The translations under genes and the position numbers were made by a program. DNA of 8,514 nt. Source: Selaginella moellendorffii. Taxonomy: Eukaryota; Plantae; Lycopodiophyta. Numbering within the stretch: position 1 is the stretch's first letter; each line of letters starts with the position of its first letter. Below are positions 1 through 7,228 of the stretch, one piece after another. The stretch is taken from the NCBI RefSeq assembly GCF_000143415.4, contig NW_003314501.1, forward strand, positions 40,508 to 49,021, read 5' to 3'. The notes beneath the pieces were generated by a model that did no database searches, was not told the DNA's origin, and saw nothing but the letters and a program-made list of their open reading frames with translations.

Positions 1-221
1 TCCTAGTAGTCCGGCATGACTATGCTTTTATCACGTAGAGGAGTCCGACGGTGTTTTTCTTTTCTCATTCTCATGTGGGATGTGTGATATGAAAATATCG
101 AGGGCTACCCGTCAGAATTATAGCATAGTATTGCTGGACAACAGGGATTTGCACTGCTGGAGACCGTGACGCCGGGAGGGGCCATCATATAAAAATTTTA
201 TTTTTTTGGGGGACGAAGGTG

Positions 222-1645
222 CTATGCGAGTTGGTGGGCATAGCTGCTTAAAATCCCTAGATAATTAAATTTAGCAGGAAATTTGAAGAGCGTTGGGTTA
301 CCTTTAGGTGTAAAAAGTGCCATGCTTGATATGAGGTAATGTAAACGCGGATAGGGTATTAGATTTGTAGTAATTTCGTTCAAATCGACTGTCAAATACG
401 AATTATACAAAATTGCAAAGAAATGCCAGGCATATTGCACCGTTAAGCTGGCCCTCAAAACGCATAGAACTGGTTAGATTCAAAAGCAGTGAAGAGACTA
501 AAGCATTCATCGCGTCGAAAGGCGCCTTATTCCTTTTTTCTTCAGATGATTGACATTTATGTTGGCCTTTTTTTCTGTTAAAGTCACAGTTACAATGAAT
601 TATTTTGAGCATGAAATCTGGAACCTAAGTATGTCTATAAGAGCCTGGTTTTCAATTGGAAAAACACAATCCGCATGTTGAGTGAGGGATCCAATAGATA
701 GAACACTAAATTAGGATGCGAGGTTTAGCATTTAATGAGCCTTTAAAGGTACCTGTTATAAGGAGATGTAATAACGTCGTCATCTGTGGATGGGAAAAGA
801 GATGCAGAAAATCTAAAAACTTTCGGATAAGCATCCTATGCGGCATTCATTAATACTTGTAAAAGATGTTATCGATGCAATTACATGCAAAAGTTCCAGA
901 ATGTAGCTTCCAAGACCAGAACCAGTTCCTCCTCCAAGTGAATGCAAGAGAAAAAAACCCTGCAATGAACTGCAAATCTCTGCCTGGGGAAACCATTGTT
1001 TGAGGTTCATATTTCTTTTGTACCTCACGGCGTACTTTTTCAATAATAGTATCCGAGTACTTTGGACCGTAAAAGTTATGCCCATGAGCCCTTCACGGCA
1101 GCAAACAATGATTGTGGTTACGAATTCTCATTGATAATTATACCAGTTGTTTCCGGAGCCAGAGATATCTGTGATAAGCTGTGTTGAATTGAACAACTCG
1201 GATAAATTTCCCTAAAGAATTTTTAAAATTTTAGAAGAAAAATTTGTATGCAGACCCTTAAAAGCTGATTCACAACTCCTTCCATATCCACTAAGACTGC
1301 CCTGGCCTACAAAAACAGATGTAAGGAAAGGAGAGACTATGGAGTATAACTTTTAAGGTAAATATCGGATGAGTCCCATCTTGATAGGAGGATCAAAGCG
1401 AGCATCTACATTGTGGAAGTAGCTGAAGCACAAGGAGTTTGTTACGTATAATGATAATCATAATACCTGCTTAAAGAATCATCAAACCACCCATTTGAAT
1501 TACAGGCAGCGTGTTCCTTGAGTGCCATTTCCCAAAATTTGTATCCAAGCTGCTAAAAATACTCCACATTAAACGAAAGAGGATTGGGTAGAAGAACCTG
1601 ATTGCCGCATTGTCCACATTGGATGGTGATAACCTCTCTTGGCAT
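222..1645 (-). pseudogene. TUBE1: Epsilon-tubulin, multi-exon, frameshifted and lacking its 3' part (probable pseudogene or captured fragment)
   Basis: Hand-spliced GT-AG exons: 1645-1598, 1549-1467, 1422-1351, 1306-1256, 1211-1144, 1090-1024, 983-885, 835-753, 705-625, 574-441, 388-302, then 256 onward. They give [29 protein letters not shown]..., [64 protein letters not shown] and [32 protein letters not shown], which match epsilon-tubulin signatures (FWExALxEH, ARAVLxDME, DDVITSPYN, PIENQAL). Exon 3 hits TAA at 1355-1353 in the incoming frame. The last exon reads GILSSYAHQLA* (stop 224-222), with no tubulin C-terminal domain in 1-240. Confidence 0.92.
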
Positions 1646-1939
1646 TATCTTTTACCCTAATTAGGTGGACCAATGGGATATGTGAAATTTGATCATCTCT
1701 CCAAGTCCTTGTGAACTTTACAGGCACCAAGCAGTCACTAAAGAAGTGAATGACATTCTCTTGATGAACCTATCTGCATCTTGTATTAGTTTAGTTCTCT
1801 TGAGAAAGTCTAGTGCTCATGCGATAAGTCCACATTAGCCACATTCTCATTATCATCATCTCACGCCACACAGGAGGATCATACAAGAGTGGAAGTGCCT
1901 GGAAATCTAGAAGCAGAGAAAACATTGTCTTCTTATTTC

Positions 1940-2620
1940 AAGTGATTACTTTCTGATCATCCATCCAGAGGAAATAAGTGAAGAGCTAGGCAGCACACTG
2001 AGTACAAGGGTCAACACATCTGTGATCCATACACTGCAAATATTTTAAAACCGTATGAACTGTTTGCAGGACTTTCCCGGAGGCTCATTACGCCAAGCCT
2101 CATGTGCAGAAAGACAGAGACAAATAGCGATCATCATAACAATCTGCTCCAGGCTACCCCCACCATGTGGAGATGATTCCTGTGGAGTGGTTCCATAAAG
2201 CTTCTCAATCTAGGCCCCAAGAACATGTATACTGAGATCCCTAGCAATGGTGCTATCACAGAGAATGCTACCGTCCCAACTACATGCTCAAGCCCTGAAA
2301 GAATGCATGAAACCCTATCTTCCGGCCTGCTATGAGAGTTTTAAACAGCACGTGAGGGATTCTTTTTGGTGGGTTCCTCTTTGCAATGAATGGATTCTCT
2401 TTAGTGAGTGTGCGGTTCCATTGGCACCCCTGCTCACGCAGTTGCAACAGCCCACGCAGGATTGGATGCCCATCTTTCCTCAACATTGACTTCACAGACA
2501 TTGGTGGTGTTCATGTTGTGACCGCTTCTCTCTCCTGACTCGCAGTAGATCAATTTGGCAGTTTATTCTTACAGAGTAAGTGGCTCTGCATGCAACACTA
2601 CAGCAACTGTTTGATAAATG
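1940..2620 (+). pseudogene. Heavily decayed gene relic, possibly DDHD/PA-PLA1-like phospholipase
   Basis: Short motifs in DDHD order but in shifting frames: ITFLIIH (~1945), HHVEMIPVEWFHK (2161-2199), NATVPT...ETLSSGLL (2255-2332), VSV/GSIGT (2404-2428), FPQ/IDF...VFML (2475-2518). Many stops and frameshifts. Confidence 0.3.
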
Positions 2621-3495
2621 CTCTGATATCAATAGTACTAAAGAGGAGGAAAATTCTGAGGGACAGCGAGCATAACTGCGAGAGTGCTCTCATATTTACA
2701 TGATTCTGAGTCCATGCAAACATGGAATTTAAGTAAGCCTTTGCAAAAGTGACAGTGAGTGATATGGTGTAAGCTTTGTATTGCTTACTTGTTGCTTAGT
2801 TCTTCAACAGGAATACCAGAGGAGAAGAGATGTCTTGCGACAGGCCAACTATAGGCTCCATGGTTCATGTGTAGTACACAGCCTGATTATGTAGAGGAGC
2901 TGTTGATATAAATGTAGAGAGGCAAAGTGACTTTGAGCTTGAACTGAGCAGTGGGCTTGTACTTGGCCTTCTCAGACACATATGTTACTGTTATGTGTGT
3001 AGGTCTGAGTGCTCACTTAGAGCGAAGAGGAAAAGACATTTGTTATTTTTTGGTAGCCAGTCAAGGGCAGGAGACACCTTATAAATAATGTAGTATTACA
3101 ACACAAATACAATTGAATCTGGCACCACTTCACTTAATTTGTCCTCAAATATGTAGATATGGCCATGGTCACTATTCTTTGTTTGTCTTTCTTAGTTCTC
3201 TCTTTCTCTGCAAGTTGGTGAAGTTGGATTGGATCCAACCTAGTGTGTCACAATAATCAATACACGTCCATGGGTGTGACGATGCTCCTCGTCTCCAGAC
3301 TAATTGGATTTGTACAGCACCGTGCCCCTGTAGAGAAACGCATGGTCATCACTACCACTTCTAGAGCTGCTCTGGATCACCGCCACCACATTGAAGCTCA
3401 CCTTGCCACTGGGTTGAGCAGAAATGGCTCCAAAGTGATAGAAGCAAATCAGTGACCTCATCAATCTCTGCTCGTGGGTGATGGCCAACCCTGCA

Positions 3496-3539
3496 AGATC
3501 TTCTTCCCTGTCCCTTGTGAGATCTTCGTCCCTGTCCCT
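3496..3539. repeat. Short direct repeat, two 20-nt units at a 24-nt period
   Basis: agatcttcttccctgtccct (3496-3515) and agatcttcgtccctgtccct (3520-3539), 19/20 identical. Confidence 0.85.
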
Positions 3540-3632
3540 CGCAGTGCCCTTCTTACCTGGCCGCTAGGTACATGTGACTGATCCCAAACTCCTGGTGGAG
3601 AATTCTCATGGAGATCTTCTCGCTGGTGATGT

Positions 3633-3649
3633 TGCTGCTGCTGCTGCTG

Positions 3650-3683
<34 letters not shown>
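3633..3683. repeat. Compound microsatellite (CTG)5 + (CT)15
   Basis: (CTG)5 at 3635-3649 and (CT)15 at 3653-3682, read directly. Confidence 0.97.
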
Positions 3684-3685
<2 letters not shown>

Positions 3686-3704
3686 GGCACTGCTGTTGTT
3701 TATC

Positions 3705-4252
3705 ATAGTGGTGTTCAAATTTTGTATCCTGGATTCACATGAGAATGACGTAATAGCAAAGAGCAAGACTTACCTGTAGCATTAAGTCGACTCTACCATT
3801 GGAACTTCTAGATAGCCTTTCTGCCACCATACTACCGTAAAAAACTGTGACAAAACCATGCCCCAACCGAAAAATTTCCTCTATCTTTGATAGCAAAACT
3901 TACAAACCACTATGATTACCTGTACCCCAAGATATTCACTGACTTTCTCCAAAAAGAATAGATATCAGAGGTTCCACTTTGTAATCAAGACGAAAGGATA
4001 AATGTAAACGGTGCTAACACAAAAATATATTGATACCTGTAGGCAACAGGATCATATGGGTGAAATATGTTCATCATTTGCCTGCATGTTAGCTTTTTTT
4101 CTTCAATGCCTTCACCTTCCCAGTACTCATGACCTGTTATTATGCAAACACATTCAAACTACATTGCAAAAACCGTAAATCACACACATACCCGTTCCAA
4201 AGTATACATTCCAGAGACTCAGAAACAGTGGCAATACAACTGTGAAAAATGC
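3705..4252 (-). pseudogene. SGR2: SGR2-like (SHOOT GRAVITROPISM 2) DDHD-domain phospholipase A1 fragment, C-terminal exons
   Basis: Exon pieces: 4252-4192 AFFTVVLPLFLSLWNV (cf. TFFAVGSPLGVFLALRNI); 4133-4037 GHEYWEGEGIEEKKLTCRQMMNIFHPYDPVAYR (DDHD NIFHPYDPVAYR motif); 3978-3920 VEPLIS...; 3844-3774 YGSMVAERLSRSSNGRVDLMLQ (cf. YGSLMxERLTGxxDGRIDHMLQ); 3728-3705 DTKFEHHY (cf. DKTFEHPY). Defects: GSPLGVF degraded with a deletion, the acceptor at 3981-3979 reads CAA instead of CAG, an apparent internal deletion after VEPLIS, and loss of the terminal HTNYW motif. Confidence 0.88.
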
Positions 4253-4383
4253 GAGAAAGAAATTTATCAACAGTGACGAATCAAAAACTCGCTCTCCTTA
4301 TTTTGTTCCCAATCCTGCACAGTGACACGAGAGAGAGAGTCAAACATAAAACCCTCAGATATGAACAGTCAGAATCGTTGAAT

Positions 4384-4870
4384 TTCAGACACACGGCCAC
4401 AGAGATGGGATTTGGACTTACTCTTTCTACAACTTCTCTTTCTCATCCTCCTCTATCTTGGTGCACAAGTTGTCACTCTGCAGCAGCAGGAAAATGAAAC
4501 AAAGTGATGAAACAGGTCAGCTACCTTCTCCACGAACTACTACCTCACACTCTCCAGATATGGCAGCGAGTTCCGGTAATGAAAAACAGAGAACAAACAA
4601 ATCTTTTTCTTCTTCTCGAGCTAATGTTCCTCTTCACTGCAACACAGTTGGATTCAGACACACGGCCACAGAGATGGGATTTGGGCTTACTCTTTCTGCA
4701 GCTTCTCTTTCTCATCCTCCTCTATCTTGGTGTGCAAGTTGTCACTCTGCAGCAGCACGAAAATAAAATAAAGTGATGAAACAGGTCAGCTACCTTCTCC
4801 ACGAACTACTACCATACACTCTTCATATATGGCAGCGAGTTCTGGTAATGAGAAATAGAGAATAAACAAA
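4384..4870. repeat. Tandem duplication of ~218 bp at a 269-nt offset, carrying minus-strand exon-like units
   Basis: Copies at 4384-4601 and 4653-4870 are colinear with scattered substitutions. On the minus strand each holds a CAG|...|GTAAG exon: 4746-4691 reads SDNLHTKIEEDEKEKLQK, and the copy at 4477-4422 has TAG at 4429-4427. Confidence 0.93.
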
Positions 4871-5130
4871 AAACACCTTTGACGTCCCAGATCTGAACTG
4901 CAGAAGTTCTTGAGGTTCTGGATGTGTGGAGGGGACTTCTCATCTGGTGTGCTGCTTCTCCCGAAATAAAATTTCAGCATAAAAAATGCTCCAGATACGA
5001 ATAGCCATATTAACCGTTTAATAAGAGAATTTACATCTAGACCATCGATTTCAGGAATCCAAGGGTAAGAGAATAAAGAGAAACTCTTTAGTTAAACGTG
5101 CTATTGGCATATGGCATCCAGCGTCTTTTA

Positions 5131-5629
5131 TTCCATTTTTAGAATATTATTTATAAATGGAATAATTTACTAAAGAATATTAGAATTTTTATTATGTGTC
5201 TAGTTTTACATTAAAAAATATACATAAGTAAATCTATCTAGATATTCAAACTATATTAGAGGTGTTTGAAAAGAGGTACAAACAAAAAGATTTACTATAT
5301 TAGAGATATAATATTTGTATTAAGACAAACCAGTACTAATGCTTTATGATAAAAATATGGAGTCAAATTTAAAAATAAATTACTATTAAATGATTTAACA
5401 CAAGATACTATTCAACAATTATATAAAGGTGAACATGATTACAGATTAACCTAGATTATAGAAGTATTAATGTTTTAAATGTAAACATGGATCTAACACA
5501 ATATTACGTAAATATTGATACATTATGTATTGTATATGATACATTATTTAATTTTAAATAAAAATAATAAAAATATTTAATTATTTATTTACTAATTTTT
5601 TTAGGAACAAATTTCTATTATTAAGCTTA
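5131..5629. other. Very AT-rich non-coding spacer
   Basis: Visibly A/T-dominated, no ORF in the track, directly downstream of the minus-strand stop at 5630. Confidence 0.7.
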
Positions 5630-6085
5630 TCATTTGTGAGTAAGTGTTACTATTGCATTTTCTTCAGCCACCTGCAACAACATGTCCAGCTGGTCTGAAA
5701 AGCTTGCAACGTCCGACAGATCTGTACGCTTCCTCTTTTTCCCTGTTAGGCTCTCGTACAGCAATTGATCCCCCTCAAGTTTCTTCAGTGTCTGGGCCGA
5801 CGGTATTGTGAGCTTCTCCAGTTCTCTGACCAAAGAATGGTGGAACTCGGTTAGTTGTTTTTCATTGGATGCCTTTCCGTAAAGCCTAGGTAAGAAACCA
5901 AAAAAGATGGTTACTGCACTCACGAGAAACATAAAAAAAATAAATAGATAGAGAATAACATACTTATAGAATCGAGTAAATTCTGTAGAGCACAGGAAAA
6001 TAGCCGCTCGTCTGACTTGCGCATCCACCAGCAGCGGCAGTGCAAACTTGTCAAATGCCGGCATTAGTTCCTCTCCGCTGACAAT
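5630..6085 (-). CDS. Last two exons of an unidentified protein (5'-incomplete)
   Basis: Acceptor TGTAG at 6090-6086. Exon 6085-5964 reads IVSGEELMPAFDKFALPLLVDAQVRRAAIFLCSTEFTRFY. A T-rich 78-nt intron (GTATGT...CCTAG, 5963-5886) is a multiple of 3, so the ORF track reads through it. Exon 5885-5630 reads LYGKASNEKQL...GKKRKRTD...LTHK*. Coding-like composition against AT-rich flanks. Confidence 0.65.
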   Translation of the reverse strand: MVSGEELMPAFDKFALPLLVDAQVRRAAIFLCSTEFTRFYKYVILYLFIFFMFLVSAVTIFFGFLPRLYGKASNEKQLTEFHHSLVRELEKLTIPSAQTLKKLEGDQLLYESLTGKKRKRTDLSDVASFSDQLDMLLQVAEENAIVTLTHK

Positions 6086-6115
6086 CTACAAGCATTACAA
6101 CAAGTACTATTGCAG

Positions 6116-6410
6116 CCAAACACTATTTCTTAAATGGTTTACTGGAATAGAATAATACAAGCTTGGACTCAAAGCTTAAAAAAATTATTCAACACATGAA
6201 GAGGTGGCTTAATCATATTCCTCAATTTGGTATATTATTTGGGCATTCTAGATCAGGTTCATCACTTCTATAAGCTCATTGGGGTTGAGCAATAGACTAC
6301 TAAGCATTTTCCATCTCAAGGCATTTTTAATTTATGCCCATGTGAATAAGGAGTAGTTCCCTTAGGGTGGGGTTCCATGCTCCACCCACCTGGAAATTTC
6401 TCCTCACCCC
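6116..6410. repeat. ~295-bp direct repeat, copy 1
   Basis: ccaaacactatttcttaaatgg...tttctcctcacccc; near-identical to 6639-6934, with a few substitutions and a 1-nt indel (tcacttct vs tcaccttct). Confidence 0.96.
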
Positions 6411-6508
6411 ACAATTTTGTCCTAATTGCTACCACATTTATATTAAAAATCATGACAATAGAGAGTGATTCTTGGTATGTAATAGGTATAAGCTATCTCA
6501 TACACATA

Positions 6509-6534
6509 CTAGCAGGGAACCCAGCTCCGCTGGG
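6509..6534 (-). mobile_element. Helitron 3' terminus (GC hairpin + CTAG|T)
   Basis: The minus strand reads CCCAGC-GGA-GCTGGG (6534-6520, perfect 6-bp stem), a 7-nt spacer, CTAG (6512-6509), then T. This is the canonical Helitron 3' end, standing out in AT-rich DNA. The element body would extend to the right; its 5' TC end was not located. Confidence 0.75.
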
Positions 6535-6638
6535 ATAGTTAAATGCTAATTCTAAAAAGAGAACAATTTATTAAAACTTGCTTAAGTTTAATATGTAACA
6601 AGCACTTGGTTTATTTAGTTTTTACTTAGTGATTGTAA

Positions 6639-6934
6639 CCAAACACTATTTCTTAAATGGTTTACTGGAATAGAATAATACAAGCTTGGACTCAAAGCTT
6701 AAAAGAATTATTCAACAAATGAAGAGGTGGCTTAATCATATTCCTCAATTTGGTATATTATTTGGGCATTCTAGATCAGGTTCATCACCTTCTATAAGCT
6801 CATTGGGGTTGAGCAATAGACTACTAAGCATTTTCCATCTCAAGGCATTTTTAATTTATGCCCATGTGAATAAGGAGTAGTTCCCTTAGGGTGAGGTTCC
6901 ATGCTCCACCCATCTGGAAATTTCTCCTCACCCC
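6639..6934. repeat. ~296-bp direct repeat, copy 2
   Basis: Near-identical to 6116-6410; runs into a poly-C tract at 6931-6940. Confidence 0.96.
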
Positions 6935-7029
6935 CCCCCCTCCAAAAACAACTTTCCCCTCCTTTTTTTTTTAATGGTTACATTACATGTAACCCTCTTT
7001 TTTATATGCCACATTAGCTTCTTTTTTTC

Positions 7030-7188
7030 CACATCATAATGGATTAGGGTGTCATTTTGTTTTACCCTAAATTGAGTGCATAGCATGCCATAGCTTGGCA
7101 ATTCTTCCTTGGCAATCATTTCCCATGCTGTAGAGATTGTGATGAGGTACTTAAATTTGGTAAAGTTGTTCTTTCTGGAGGAGGGCAT
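7030..7188 (-). pseudogene. Possible Myb/SANT (trihelix)-like Harbinger ORF1 relic
   Basis: AWEMIAKEELPSYGMLCTQFRVKQ resembles the WxxIAxxLxxxGxxxTxxQxKxKW Myb/SANT pattern and lies head-to-head with the Harbinger transposase. Short, weak match. Confidence 0.35.
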
Positions 7189-7228
7189 GATCTTAGTTCC
7201 AGTTTCAAGAAAGCTTTTGTTCATTTGA

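Noticed and set aside
3-22. Minus-strand TAGTC...GACTA hairpin plus CTAG as the closing Helitron end
   Set aside because: Only a 5-bp AT-rich stem, no spacer before CTAG, and followed by G rather than T.
221-261. Plus-strand hairpin followed by CTAG as a Helitron 3' end
   Set aside because: CTAG (257-260) is followed by A rather than T, it is already explained as the tubulin splice acceptor, and the stem is weak with a 10-nt loop.
813-1085. ORF-track 90-aa, 69-aa (403-612) and 78-aa (222-458) proteins as separate genes; also an alpha/beta/gamma-tubulin assignment
   Set aside because: They are exon-plus-intron read-throughs of one gene, and the motifs are epsilon-specific even though the MPRE start is shared with gamma-tubulin.
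3461-3766. 101-aa RE/polyQ ORF
   Set aside because: It crosses an SGR2 intron, an out-of-frame exon and microsatellites, so the open frame is an artefact of the repeats.
4691-4746. SDNLHTKIEEDEKEKLQK as an Hsp70/BiP C-terminal fragment
   Set aside because: Low-complexity charged match only; the flanking exons do not continue Hsp70 in frame.
4249-4776. Plus-strand ORFs with CxxCH (CTSCH/CASCH) or a tail-anchor-like LLFLQLLFLILLYLG
   Set aside because: Best explained as antisense readings of a purine-rich minus-strand exon that has good splice sites; no cytochrome c context.
5040-5125. Minus-strand KRVSLYSLTLG as the SGR2 KVSIYGHSLG lipase motif
   Set aside because: The GHS core is absent and the flanks do not match; probably chance.
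6116-6934. LTR pair/TRIM, or the 64-aa ORF at 6686-6880 as a gene
   Set aside because: No TG...CA ends, PBS or target-site duplication seen; the ORF has a non-ATG start and is frameshifted in the other copy.
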